DNA of 64,000 nt from Eledone cirrhosa (Eukaryota): positions 59,086,001 to 59,150,000 of the forward strand of contig OZ024742.1 of the NCBI GenBank assembly GCA_964016885.1. The letters run 5' to 3'. Shown piece after piece: positions 49,585-64,000 of the stretch. The stretch's first letter is position 1. Every line of letters starts with the position of its first letter. The notes below the pieces were generated by a model. That model did no database searches and had not been told where the DNA came from. It saw only the letters and a list, made by a program, of their open reading frames with translations. Made by a program: the position numbers and the translations under genes.

Positions 49585-50135
49585 TGAAATAAGGTTGAAA
49601 TAACTTTAAATATAATAATAAGGATCTTTAAAAACGAATGCTGACTCAAGTCACACATATATTAACACACGCGCATGCGCCTCTTTCTCATACTCTCACT
49701 CCATTTGTGTGCGTGCGTGTGCGCGCGTGAGTGTGTGTATGCAAACACCATCAGGAGTATGTGTAGCTGCTGCACAGCTGGGTGAATTGTTGGCATGTCT
49801 TTAGGTAAACAGGTTCTGTCTCATCAACGACAAACTACTTCCGACGAAAAAATACTTAACCTTTCTACCACTGGTGTTTTACCACAATGTCATACGCACA
49901 CACACACACACACACACACACATAATTTATATATTGTCTCCCGAGATAGAAGAAAGTAATCTTCATTATATGATATACATATATGTGCGTGTGTATGTAT
50001 GTGTGTGTGTCTCGCGCACTCTCTATGAATGTATATATGTATGTATAAATAAGAGAGAGAGAATGAGAGAAGCCCTACATTTTGAAGAATGGCTGAGTAT
50101 AAATTTACGTACCCAAGAGTATATACATTGATGAA

Positions 50136-50201
<66 letters not shown>

Positions 50202-50577
50202 TCAGCTGAATTATATATATACTACTGAACTTTCTGTCTACAAAATCTCTTCAAAATATACAATATTATATCCCTTATGGTTGAAACAATAAATATGGTT
50301 TTCTCCCCTCCTCTATTTCTTTCTTAATTATGTCCACATGCATATAACAATACGTGTGTGTTTGTATGTGTTGGTGGTCTAATGTATATGTGTATGAGTG
50401 TCTGTTAATGATATAGTGTGTGTATGTGGTGGTGGCAAAGTGTGTGTATATTTTAAATTCTTGTGTGTATTGATGTGGTTTGTGTATGTGTAATTGATTT
50501 GGTGTGTGCGTTGTTACTTTAGTGTGTGTGTGTGAAAATTTATCGGTTGTTTAATGTGTATGTTGGTGGTTTAGTGC

Positions 50578-50641
<64 letters not shown>

Positions 50642-52301
50642 TTTAGAATGTGTCGGCGGTTTAGAGTTTCTGTTGATAGATTAATGTCTGATTGCTGGTG
50701 GAATTGTTTGACTGTGTTAATGGGTTAATGTGGCTGTGTTCATTGTTTCATGTGTGTGTGTATGTGTGTGTGTGTATGTGTACTGAAGGTTTAATGTGCG
50801 CGCGTATATATTGGAGGTTTAGTGTGCGTACGTATATGGTCGAGGGTTTGTGTGTGTATCTGTATGCTGGAGGTTTAGTGTGTGTGTTTATGTAGGGGGT
50901 TTAGTGTGTGAGTGCGGTGGAAGATTAATGTCAGTGTGTCTGTATGTTGGAGTATTAGTATATCTATGTTTGCTGAAGGATTAGTGTGTGTACGTGTTAG
51001 CGGTTTAGTGTGGGTGTGATATTGTACCTTATTGTTGCACCAGTTTGTCAGTTGATGTTAACACATTCTCCATTGCACGTCCTTCCACGTTCATGTATAC
51101 TTTGTATATGTGTTCAAATGTAGCAGCAATGTAAGTCAGCTTTGCACACACTCATCAGAGAAGGTATGGGTTCCACTAGATTTAAAATGCCAAAGAAAAA
51201 GCCATGAGTTACGGGTCTATACATATATATACATACTCGAGGTAGAACTCTACGATAACCACCTTACATTAATATGCATGGAACAAGAAGGATTTGAGGT
51301 CAGCATCCATTGTCTCTTTACTTAGACTATTTAAAGTACGATTTTTCAACATCATCAAGAACAGTTTGCAATTCACCTTTCAATGTCTTTTTTATTAGGA
51401 CTTTGCGGTGAATAAAACAGTAAGTTATAACTATATTTTGGTTCATGTGTTTATATATCATGCCGATGTTACAAAGCCCATGAGATATATATGGGTATTT
51501 GTGTTTCCTAAAGTGTGTTATTTTATGGAAATATTTGAAAAGGAACTTTGTGCAAGATACATCCTAGCAGATGAGCTCAGACGCATAATCAGTGATGCGA
51601 CTTAGGGTCATTTGGGGTTTAGAATCTTTGAACATCCTACACTCTTATCCAGGCGACCCAACCAGATTTGATAAGGCTTCGTTTTATGTCCCAGCAGCAA
51701 TCATCCAGGTGTCAGCACTCACGATTTAAAGTCACCTTGTGACATTCTCTACGGCTTCGCTCACTGATCAAGTGTCTTCTCGTTTCTAATCTTGTAAAGC
51801 CCAATCAGATGAGGACCTTGAAGAATGAAAGTTTTGTAAAGTCTCTTCAGCCCACCTAAAAAGGCTCACACAGGACGGTCTAGGTAAACAGACTTTCACT
51901 TTGACTTGTTGAAGATGGAATTGTTGGCTAACGAAAATGTTGGATTGGTGGGATTGGAAGAAAAAAAAAAAAGATCAGAGATTGACGGAACGGATCCTGC
52001 TGGCAATGATCACGAGCTAAAAAGGAAGTCGTGTTAATTAGGCTATAAATAAGGAAGACAAACCATTTCATAGAATATCAACATTTTTATGGCATAGAAA
52101 GAGGAGGAAAAGCAGCACCCAACCTCTTCGCAGGGCTTCTGAGACTGGCGGAAGTATAGAAATATAGAAAGAAAACAAAGCAAATGTACAACTATCGTGA
52201 ATGGATGTGGTGGTGGTAACCCGGTCGAAACGTTAAGTCTAATCTCATCAACTATTAAGATGGTAATCTATGAACATTCAATCCAATATATACGTATATA
52301 T

Positions 52302-53121
52302 ATGGTGGCTGCCAACTCGTTTTCGAGTACGGCCACTACTTTATATCCATGTAGGAGAACCCCTACCAATGCGCTAAACAACTGTGACTTTTTAGTCCAG
52401 CCAGCGACATGAAAACTCTGGTACAAACACTACACCTGTGACAATCATTGACACATAATGCTGGGCCCATGGCACCATGTGACGACAAGTGCAGAGAGAT
52501 CTCCAGATATAAAGCAATGCCTGTGCCGTGAAGCTTTTATAGTGAGCAAAGGCACTGCACAAAGCCAGTCCCACTCTCTTAACCAAGATGATATTTACCA
52601 AAAAGAAGAACAAGTCAACATCATTGGATACCATCAGGGTTGCAGGTGTTATATCAGAGTTTTCCTACTCCTAGAATTCTGCCTTGACAAAGGCTAAGGC
52701 GTCATCTCTCCCGTATATATATATATACATACATACATACATACATACACATATATATATACATGGTGGCTGCCAACTCGTTTTCGAGTACGGCCACTAC
52801 TTTATATCCATCTAGGAGAACCCCTACCGATGTGCTGAACGAGTGTGACTTTTTAGTCCATCCAGCAACTTGAAAACTCCGGTACAAACACTACATCTGT
52901 GACAATTATTGACATATAATGCTGGGCCCATGGCACCATGTGACGACAAGTGCAGAGAGATCTCCAGATATAAAGCAATGCCTGTGCTGTGAAGCTTTTA
53001 TAGCGAGCAAAGGCACTGCACAAAGCCAGTCCCTCTCTCTTAACCAAGATGATATTTACCAAAAAGAATAACAAGTCAACATCATTGGATACCATCAGGG
53101 TTGCAGGTGTTATATCAGAGT
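52302..53121 (-). mobile_element. Two tandem 5'-truncated copies of the 610-bp RTE-derived element
   Basis: 52302-52713 and 52763-53121 are reverse complements of the 3' part of 1241-1851, separated by (CATA)n/(TA)n. Confidence 0.9.
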
Positions 53122-53170
53122 ATATATATAGTACGTATATATATATATATATATACATACATATATATAC

Positions 53171-53220
<50 letters not shown>

Positions 53221-53458
53221 TCAGGTTATCAATAATGTAGTGATAATATATCGTTACGTTAGAGATGAGCAGCGTACGTGCAGGTTTGCTCAACGAGTAT
53301 AAATTATATTCCGGAGAAATGTAGAAAGGATAAAACCCATTATATACTTGTTTAGCAGTAAATTATTTTACCATCTGTCATATACTATCCCCTCTGTTCA
53401 TTCCTCTTTTACTAATATAAATACTTCAATTTTTCTGATTTTATCCAGTTTATCCAAA

Positions 53459-53575
53459 ATCTCTGAAGAAGTGACAACTGATTATACATTTGCTATCGAA
53501 TACTTGCTAACATTATATGATTACGCAAGCAGCGATACATAGGTATTCGGTCTGTTACAGAAACATATGTCAATA
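53459..53575 (+). ncRNA. Hammerhead-like motif with a very long stem II and decayed stem I
   Basis: CTGAAGA-A-GTGACA..~80 nt..TGTTAC-A-GAAA-CATATG-TC, lying in a ~400-bp segment between (TA)n tracts. Confidence 0.5.
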
Positions 53576-53625
53576 CCTAATAAATTCCTTTTTTAACAAA
53601 AGCACTTTCATTTTATATTCATCCT

Positions 53626-53714
<89 letters not shown>

Positions 53715-53747
53715 TTAAAAGAATAGAGGTGTAGCACACGAGTTATG

Positions 53748-54123
53748 ATATATTGGTAAACGGAAAAGAAAATGCTGACAAATTGTTCACAGTGAAAAAT
53801 AGTTTAATTAGGAATAAGTGAAAATTAGTAATAGTATTGGTTAGTATTCAGTTTTGGTTTTAAGTTTTACCGGTTGCGCATTTCTAATGCTTTCCAAAAA
53901 TAATTTTGAGGTAGAGCGTCCGTGATGTTTGCTCTGATCTGATTAGAGCAAACATCACGGACGCTCTACCTCAAAATTATTTTTGGAAAGCATTAGAAAT
54001 GCGCAACCGGTAAAACTTAAAACCAAAACTGAATACTAGCCAATACTATTACTAATTTTCACTTATTCCTAATTAAACTATTTTTCACTGTGAACAATTT
54101 GTCAGCATTTTCTTTTCCGTTTA

Positions 54124-54132
<9 letters not shown>
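53748..54132. mobile_element. ~385-bp near-perfect palindrome in (TA)n, PLE-type, with degenerate variant hammerheads
   Basis: Arms of ~190 bp with only two mismatches seen; TTT-TTGGAAA-GCATT..AATGC-GCAA-CCGG-TA-AAA at 53980-54015. Confidence 0.8.
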
Positions 54133-54166
<34 letters not shown>

Positions 54167-54167
54167 T

Positions 54168-54216
<49 letters not shown>

Positions 54217-55140
54217 TGTAATGCAGTATACAGATAAAATGATGGGATAATCATGTTTATAATCGTAAGTGAAGTGAATAAAATTCGACGTAGGATTAAA
54301 ATGAATAGCTTTTCGACCTCATGAAGCAGCCATTACGTGATAATGCAAACTGTTAGACATAGACGATACTTTAAATCACCCTTCCATCTTTAAAAAACCC
54401 ACATTTAAATATCTGTAATTTCTTTTCTTACACATGGATGAAGCCAAATGCTTTGGAACCATGAAATTCTTAGTTCAATGTCAGTGAATAGAAACATGAA
54501 CAATCTAGCCTCGGGTGAAACCAAGCTTTCTCAGTGAAGACAGAATGAAATTATATAGACGAAATCTGTTTGGAAGCGCGTTGGATGAAATGAAGTTGTA
54601 ATTCAAAGGGTCAGTCTTATCATACACAACAATGTTACGTTGAATCTTTCTAAACATTATGTTAAAGGTACACGGGTCTGTGGAATACTTTATCACTCAG
54701 ACATTCATTAAATGAGTAGGCCATTCCGAATAACTGGAATATTCATCGTCAAAACCAACGGGAGACCATTTACTTTACTTTATGTAATTACCAAACTGAA
54801 GATTCTCATGATGAAGGCTTCAATTACTATATATATATAAAAGAACATTGTTTTCAGCATGGCACAACAGAAATCTTTTATTACACTTTTTTAAAAACAA
54901 TTCTTTGCCGACACATGTAACAAGATAGCCTCCACTCCACCTTTGTCTTCCTGTCAATGCAGGATATATTCATTATTATTTCTCTGACTAACTTATACGA
55001 CTTCTTTCAGTTCTCATTTCAGGCTCTATTTATATAACGTATTATACCATCTATTTCATTGAGAATTGTCACCAGGTTTCCAATGCTTTTGTTTTTATTT
55101 AAATGCCATAGTTGCTCTTACTATTATTATTTCGCCTTAA

Positions 55141-55249
55141 GAGGGCGGAGGGTTAGCAGTATCGGTAGGTCGTCGGACAAAATGCTTTGCGGTGTTCAGT
55201 TATGACCTTTTACGTTCAGAGTTCAAATCCTGCCGAGGTCAACTTTGCC
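55141..55249 (+). mobile_element. Main-family SINE 5' half on the plus strand
   Basis: TAGCAGTATCGG..GAGTTCAAATCC..GAGGTCAACTTTGCC. Confidence 0.75.
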
Positions 55250-55339
55250 ACCACCATCAACGCCACCACGAATCAAATATTTGAGTTCCCCTTCCTTTTA
55301 CTTTGTGATTTGTAATGTAATATATTCTAAGTTGTCCAA

Positions 55340-55421
55340 GTGGCAACAGCAGCAGAAACAGCAGCAGGAGGAGTAGTACTAGTAGTGGTGGTAGTGAAAG
55401 TAGCGGTAGTAGTAGTTGTAC

Positions 55422-55462
<41 letters not shown>

Positions 55463-55466
55463 GTAA

Positions 55467-55511
<45 letters not shown>

Positions 55512-55607
55512 CAGCAGTGCTAGTAGTAGTAGCAGCAGTAGAAGTGCTGGTAGTGTGTCGGGGGGAGGGGGGTAGAGGTGGTGGTGGTAGTAGAAGTAGT
55601 GGTGGGG

Positions 55608-55643
<36 letters not shown>

Positions 55644-56090
55644 GAGATAAGTGGTTATACAAACATAGAAGGAACTCAATGAAATATTTCAAGAGTTCCA
55701 TCCGCTTTCAGAACACATGTAGAGATAAGTGTAAATGAGCTGGTTATTAGCTGCAACTGCCGCCATAATTACAACAAAAACACCACAGCAACAACAACGA
55801 CAAACAACATCAATAACGACGAAAACAACAAATATCGACGACGGCATAAACAACAACAACAACAACGGCAATTACGACAACGACGACAACAACAACAACT
55901 ACGATAACAACGACTACATCATCAACAACAACTACAACAACGACAACGATAGCAACAACAACAACAACGTCACCAACGATGATGCAGAATACAATTACAA
56001 ACAATGAGAACAACGATGAAAACAAAGATGGTGTAAACAAATAACTAATAACGATGAAAACAAAAACTTCAACAACAACGACAATAATAA
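55340..56090. repeat. Compound trinucleotide microsatellites (AGT)n, (ATT)n, (AAC)n
   Basis: Seen directly. Confidence 0.95.
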
Positions 56091-56091
56091 C

Positions 56092-56175
56092 TGTTTCTAC
56101 TTTTGCCACAAGGCCAGCAATTACCCCAGTGCATTACTGGTACTTTATTTTATCGACTCCGTAAAGATGAAAGGC
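56092..56175 (-). mobile_element. 5'-truncated main-family SINE
   Basis: Family 3' end up to GATGAAAGGC, embedded in the (AAC)-rich tract. Confidence 0.85.
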
Positions 56176-59100
56176 ATAATAACGACGATGACAACTTCAA
56201 CAACAACAATAACAACGACGACAACTTCAACAACAACAATAACAACGACAACAACTTCAACAACAACAATAACAACAACGACAACAACAACAACAACAAT
56301 AACAACGACGACAACTTCAACAACAACAATAACAACGACAAGAACTTCAACAACAACAATAACAACAACGACAACAACAACAACAACAATAACAACGACG
56401 ACAACTTCAACAACAACAATAACAACGACGACAACGACAACAACAACAATAACAACGACGACAACGACAACAACAACAATAACAACGACGACAACAACAA
56501 CAACAACAATAACAACGACGACAACGACAACAACAACAATAACAACGACGACAACGACAACAACAACAATAACAACGACGACAACGACAACAACAACAAT
56601 AACAACGACGACAACTTCAACAACAACAATAACAACGACGACAACAACAACAACAACAATAACAACGACGACAACGACAACAACAACAATAACAACGACG
56701 ACAACGACAACAACAACAATAACAACGACGACAACTTCAACAACAACAATAACAACGACGACAACTTCAACAACAACAATAACAACGACGACAACGACAA
56801 CAACAACAATAACAACGACGACAACGACAACAACAACAATAACAACGACGACAACTTCAACAACAACAATAACAACGACGACAACTTCAACAACAACAAT
56901 AACAACGACGACAACTTCAACAACAACAATAACAACGACGACAACGACAACAACAACAATAACAACGACGACAACTTCAACAACAACAATAACAACGACG
57001 ACAACTTCAACAACAACAATAACAACGACGACAACGACAACAACAACAATAACGACGACTACAACTTCAACAACAACAATAACAACGACGACAACAACAA
57101 CAACAACAACAATAACAACGAGGACAACGACAACAACAACAATAACAACAACGACAACGACAACAACAACAATAACAACGACGACAACGACAACAACAAC
57201 AATAACAACGACGACAACGTCAACAACAACAATAACAACGACGCCAACGACAACAACAACAATAACAACAACGACAACGACAACAACAACAATAACAACG
57301 ACGACAACGACAACAACAACAATAACAACGACGACAACGACAACAACAACAATAACAACGACGCCAACGACAACAACAACAATAACAACAACAATAACAA
57401 CAACGACAACTTCAACAACAACAATAACAACGACGACAACGACAACAACAACAATAACAACGACGACAACGACAACAACAACAACAACAATAACAACGAC
57501 GACAACTTCAACAACAACAACAATAACAACGACGACAACTTCAACAACAATAATAACAACGACGACAACAACAATAACAACGACAACTTCAACAATAACA
57601 ACGACGACAACAACAATAACAACGACGACAACAACAACAATAACAACGACGACAACGACAACAACAACAATAACAACGACAACGACTTCAATAACAACAA
57701 TAACAACGACGACAACGACAACAACAACAATAACAACGACGACAACTTCAACAACAACAATAACATCGACGACAACGACAACAACAACAATAACAACGAC
57801 GACAACGACAACAACAACAATAACGACGACTACAACTTCAACAACAACAATAACAACGACGACAACGACAACAACAACAATAACAACGACGACAACTTCA
57901 ACAACAACAATGACAACGACGACAACTTCAACAACAACAATAACAACGACGACAACGACAACAACAACAATAACAACGACGACAACGACAACAACAACAA
58001 TAACAACGACGACAACGACAACAACAACAATAACAACAACGACAACTTCAACAACAACAATAACAACAACGACAACGACAACAACAACAATAACAACGAC
58101 AACGACTTCAACAACAACAATAACAACGACGACAACGACAACAACAACAATAACAACGACGACAACTTCAACAACAACAATAACATCGACGACAACGACA
58201 ACAACAACAATAACAACGACGACAACTTCAACAACAACAATAACAACAACGACAACGACAACAACAACAATAAGAACGACGACAACTACAACAACAATAA
58301 CAACGACGACAACGACAACAAAAACAACAACAACGACGACAACGACAACAACAACAAAAACAACGACTACAACGACAACAACAACAATAACAACGACGAC
58401 AACTTCAACAACAACAATAACAACGACGACAACTTCAACAACAACAATAACAACTACAACGACAACAACAACAATAACAACGACGACAACGACAACAACA
58501 ACAATAACAACGACGCCAACGACAACAACAACAATAACAACAACAATAACAACAACGACAACTTCAACAACAACAATAACAACAACGACGACAACGACAA
58601 CAACAACAATAACAACGACGACAACGACAACAACAACAATGACAACGACGACAACTTCAACAACAACAATAACAACGACGACAACGACAACAACAACAAT
58701 AACAACGACGACAACAACAACAACAACAATAACAACGACGACAACGACAACAACAACAATAACAACGACGACAACGACAACAACAACAATAAGAACGACG
58801 ACAACTACAACAACAATAACAACGACGACAACGACAACAAAAACAACAACAACGACGACAACGACAACAACAACAAAAACAACGACGACAACGACAACAA
58901 CAACAATAACAACGACGACAACGACAACAACAACAATAACAACGACGACAACTTCAACAACAACAATAACAACGACGACAACTTCAACAACAACAATAAC
59001 AACGACGACAACGACAACAACAACAATAACAACGACGACAACGATAACAACAACAATAACAACGACGACAACGATAACAACAACAATAACAACGACGACA

Positions 59101-60327
59101 ACGACAACAACGACAATAACAACAACGACAACAACAACAACAACAATAACAACAACGACAACTTCAACAACAACAATAACAACAACGACAACTTCAACAA
59201 CAACAATAACAACTTCAACAACAACAATAACAACAACGACAACTTCAACAACAACAATAACAACAACGACAACGACAACAACAACAATAACAATGACGAT
59301 AACGACAACAACAACAATAACAACGACGACAACTTCAACAACAACAATAACAATGACAACAACAACAATAACAACAACGACAACTTCAACAACAACAATA
59401 ACAACAACGACAACGACAACAACAACAATAACAATGACGATAACGACAACAACAACAATAACAACGACGACAACTTCAACAACAACAATAACAATGACAA
59501 CAACAACAATAACAACGACGACAACAACAACAACAACAATAACAACGACGACAACTTCAACAACAACAATAACAACGACGACAACGACAACAACAACAAT
59601 AACAACGACGACAACGACAACAACAACAATAACAACGACGACAACGACAACAACAACAATAACAACGACGACAACGACAACAACAACAATAACAACGACG
59701 ACAACGACAACAACAACAATAACAACGACGACAACGACAACAACAACAATAACAACGACGACAACGACAACAACAACAATAACAACGACGACAACGACAA
59801 CAACAACAATAACAACGACGACAACTTCAACAACAACAATAACAACGACGACAACGACAACAACAACAATAACAATGACGATAACGACAACAACAACAAT
59901 AACAACGACGACAACTTCAACAACAACAATAACAACGACAACAACAACAATAACAACAACGACAACAACAACAATAACAACGACGACAACGATAACAACA
60001 ACAATAACAACAACGACAACAACAACAACAACGACGACAACGACAACAACAACAATAATAACGACGACAACGACAACAACAACAATAACAACGACGACAA
60101 CGACAACAACAACAATAACAACAACGACAACGACAACAACAACAATAACAATGACGATAACGACAACAACAACAATAACAACGACGACAACTTCAACAAC
60201 AACAATAACAACAACAACAACAATAACAACAACGACAACAACAACAATAACAACGACGACAACGATAACAATAACAACGACAACAACAACGACTACAACA
60301 ACAATAACAACGACGACAACGATAACA
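56176..60327. repeat. 4.15-kb (AAC)-derived minisatellite with a 30-bp period
   Basis: Unit AACAACGACGACAAC[TTC/GAC/AAC]AACAACAACAAT, with indels in multiples of 3. Confidence 0.97.
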
Positions 60328-60628
60328 GGATGGAAACAGAAGAAAAAAAAAGGAAACATATGAAAGAAAGAAAGAATGCGAAGGATAAGTCGAAGAAGAA
60401 GAGGAATGAAGAAAAATGAGAATGTATGAAAGAAAGATGGAAAAAGAAAAAAAGTAAAAGTAGGAAAAAGAAGGAAAATAATAATGAAGAAGGAGGAGAA
60501 GAAGAAGAAAAGGGAAATAGAACGATAACAACAACAATGGTAATCTGTAGCTTTGTATTAGTGAATGGTTAGTGGTTTATACTGCACAAGTTTAGTCCAG
60601 TTGCCTCCAGCTTTTAGTGAGAATGAAT

Positions 60629-60840
60629 GATTTCTAGCATAGACACAATGCCAGCAATTTTGGGGGAGGGGAAAGTCGATTAAATCGACCCAGTACGTTA
60701 CTGGTGCTTTATTTTATCGACCCCGCAAAGATGAAAGGAAAAATTAACCTCAGCGGGATTTGAACTCAGACCGTAAAGGACCGTAACTCTATGCTGCAAA
60801 GCATGGTGTCCGACCCTCTACCGATACTGCCAATTCACCG
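60629..60840 (-). mobile_element. Main-family SINE, full length (longer-tail variant)
   Basis: A and B boxes, family core, extra GGGGAGGGGAAAGTCGAT segment. Confidence 0.88.
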
Positions 60841-61479
60841 TGAGAATAATAAAAGAGAGAACCGTTAATACTCGATAAAGTATATACAAGATGTCTTTAA
60901 TGAAGTACTTGATTGTTAAGACCCCAACACTTTTTACTTGTTACTTTTTACATAATTCTTTACAGTGGATTTGAGTTAGTGACCAGCTCGCATGGGTGCG
61001 ACGAAATATTTAGTTAGGAAAAGAAAAGAAGTTCCTACGATGCTTTCAAAGCAATCAAGACTTGTGGAATGGAAGGAGAAAGGTATTCTCAAACAGAAAC
61101 CCTGGCCCCGAATATTAGTGACAGAGTGTTCTCCAAAACCTGGTTTAGGTGTGAAATCGAGCGACTGATTCTCACCCAAAGTAGTCACAGCGAGATTTAA
61201 ACTCAGAACGTAAAGAACCGGAACAAACATCAAAAGGTATATCCAACGTTCTAACAAATCTGTTACTTGATCTACAGTAATTTTGGGGCTATAACTTCTA
61301 CAAAGTGCCAATAGGATTGACCACCAAACATTTTAATTTCTATCTCGCTGGTGTGTGGGCAGGACTGATTTATCTTCGCTGAAAGAACCGGTAAAGAACA
61401 TTGTAAGGTATTAATAGTTATATCGATGTTTTCAGAAGTAGTTGTAAGTCAATGTTGTAAAGTCTATACCTTCTAAAAT

Positions 61480-61580
61480 CAGCATAAGATTCTGAGTTCG
61501 AGCCCACTGTGTGGAATCCTAGAAAAGTCCCTCAGCTTTATGAGTATAATTGGGTAGACGGAAACTATTTGGAAGCCCGT
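61480..61580 (+). mobile_element. Degenerate tRNA-derived SINE (third family)
   Basis: B-box GAGTTCGAGCCC and tail GGTAGACGGAAACT..GAAGCCCGT. Confidence 0.45.
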
Positions 61581-62049
61581 TTTTAAAATCCAGACCGATT
61601 AAAAAAAGCCCTCCCACCCCACCCTAGAAAAAATCAAAAGCAATCAATGATGCTACAGCATCACATTTCTCCCTTACAACATCCAAGACTCGGCGTGTTT
61701 ATTTTAGAAGCAATAGAGGATCATCATGTTGAAACCCTCCCCATGGAATATCAATTATTTACGATAAGGCTAAATGTTTAAATTTACCATAACGGTATCA
61801 GTTAAAACACCGACATTACTTCAGTAAAGACCAACTGAAGCAGATCGTCATAGTTCTAAGTTTTCTCCTCCACTAACTATTAGAGTCGTTTACAGTCACA
61901 CGCATATTTAATATCAGTGAGAAAACAATGTCTCTTGTTTCCTTTAGAAAAATATCTTATGATGCGTACCCCAATGTTCTCTAATTTAATTCCAGCCAGA
62001 CAGCCTATTCCCTACTATATATATATATACATATATATATACGCACATG

Positions 62050-62086
<37 letters not shown>

Positions 62087-62163
62087 GCACACATATACAT
62101 GCATTATATATATATATATATATATAAACATGCAAAAATAAATATACATATACACACGCACAC

Positions 62164-62212
<49 letters not shown>

Positions 62213-62284
62213 CACACACGCACACACACAAACACACACACATACACACACACACATACACACACATACACACACACACACACA

Positions 62285-62352
<68 letters not shown>

Positions 62353-63732
62353 TCCACACATATATACACATATATATTCATTAAACCTGCACCAGATATT
62401 ACAATTATACATAGTACTACATTCCTCGAAGCTCTGCACAATGTAGTGTATCCTTTTCTTCACTTTAAATTCCACCACCATAACAATAATATTTAATATT
62501 TCAAGGTTCATTTCATTTCACTTACGTAGACAATCCATAGCTTTTGAGAAACGCGTGAATGACAACCAATCTGACTTCAAAGTGACAACAACATTGAGGG
62601 CGTGGATGGAACTCTGTAACTAACAGAATATTTAAGCTGTGTGGCAATCGCCCAGGAGTAAACATAAGCTTCTTTTAAACCGTAGCTCTAATGCCGTTTT
62701 TATCCCGACTGTAGTTAATAGAAAAAACCTATTCTAGGCCAGCGGTTACCAATGTTGTTACTACCAAGGGCCCCGTTTTTATTGAAATACATTTTTGCCA
62801 CAGATCGCGAAGCTTTGAAAGTGGTGTTTATTTATGAAGTTGATTTCATTAAGTTCCAACAACCTCGTTTTCTCAGTTTCGCGTCTCAATTGAAAAATAT
62901 ATCTAACTAAATATTCAGTTAAGCAAATAGCAGTATTAAACACAAATCTTGCTTAATCTTTTCATTATAATATTTATGATGGAAGACACTACTTAAAATT
63001 ATAAATTAATTCATGGATAAATTTAAGGATAATAATGAATTTCAACATTATTAAGCTGCTGTTTGGAGCATATCAAAATTTTATTTCACAAAATCGTGAT
63101 GGAATGCTTAAATGTAAACACTAAAACAATTAGTTTTGTATCATAAAAGCAGGGCATGGTTTCAGGGATTTTGAAAACAAATAACTTAATGAGATGGCTG
63201 ATGCTGCTTTGTTGATACTAAGTTCAACAGCAAACAATTTTGAGCTTAGATCAGGTTCGAAGAAACATTAAAATATATTCGGCTATTCCAGTAGAATTGG
63301 AAACAATCATGAGTACGTAAACATTTTACACTGCAGCCTCTGGAAAGTTAAAACTTAGCTCACGATTCCCATTACTCACTCTGTGGATTTTCAAAGATTC
63401 TTCAATCACAGTCGATAGATTACCAGGAAACAGAATAAGGGGCAGATACTCGTCGAAGCCCAAGTTTAACCGCCACTTTTCTCTTTTGTCTGTGGCCTAT
63501 GTCACACAATTTTCAACAGACAAGTCAGCCTAGAAACTATAATGGCTTTTGCTGTAAGCAGTGACAACACTGTAAAATTGAAGCCGTTCAACACTTAGTA
63601 GTCCAGATAAAGGTCACAGTTCTTCAGAGGATAGTGGGTTGTCGAGGGGGATAGTGGGTTGTCCCCTATCATGGCACTTTCAACATTGCAAAATTCAAAA
63701 TAAAATATTAAATTCATGAGAAAGCAAATAGT

Positions 63733-63916
63733 TGTTTCTACTTTTGGCACAAGGCCAGCAATTGTTCCAATGCATTACTGGTACTTTATTTTATCGACCC
63801 CGTAAGGATGAATGGCAAAGCTAACTCCGACGGGATTTGAACTCAGACCGTAAAGGGCCGTAACTCTATGCTGCAAAGCATGGCGTCCAACTCTCTACTG
63901 ATACTGCCAATTCACC
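63733..63916 (-). mobile_element. Main-family SINE, full length
   Basis: A-box TGGCAGTATCAG, B-box GAGTTCAAATCC and family core on the minus strand. Confidence 0.9.
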
Positions 63917-64000
63917 TACGCCAATATTAATAATAAGTATGGATGAGGTGTAAAATAGCAATCTAGGGCTAACAGATCTATTTGAACGTCGGATGAAATG

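Noticed and set aside
54480-54770. Possible PIF1/Helitron helicase remnant on the minus strand
   Set aside because: Only a vague resemblance; diagnostic motifs (KSQG, HGQLYVA) are absent.
56103-60419. 1438-aa poly-Asn, 1398-aa poly-Thr and 1404-aa poly-Val ORFs
   Set aside because: Open in several frames on both strands because the (AAC)-derived repeat lacks stops; the longest starts at a non-ATG codon inside a SINE.

Overview
AT-rich, microsatellite-dense animal genomic DNA. The repeat repertoire best fits an octopus or other cephalopod (inference). No host gene, rRNA, true tRNA or CRISPR array is recognisable, so the window looks intronic or intergenic. It is dominated by mobile elements: (i) an apparently intact 5.8-kb two-ORF L1/Tx1-type LINE (39777-45602, -) plus two truncated relatives; (ii) R4/Dong-type (RT + restriction-like endonuclease) LINE copies, three of them sitting in (CATA)n; (iii) a 610-bp non-autonomous RTE derivative in four copies; (iv) several Penelope-like element (PLE) remnants, two with Hydra-clade-type GIY-YIG C-termini; (v) at least six families of minimal type I hammerhead ribozyme motifs, several in fold-back palindromes within or beside (TA)n and two with non-canonical cores; (vi) about 17 copies of one tRNA-derived SINE with strong strand bias, plus CORE-type SINEs; (vii) RTE, Vingi, Tc1/mariner, hAT, Helitron-like and solo-LTR-like remnants; and (viii) two 30-bp minisatellites. 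The long low-complexity ORFs are repeat artefacts. All calls were made by eye; clade names need HMM/BLAST confirmation.
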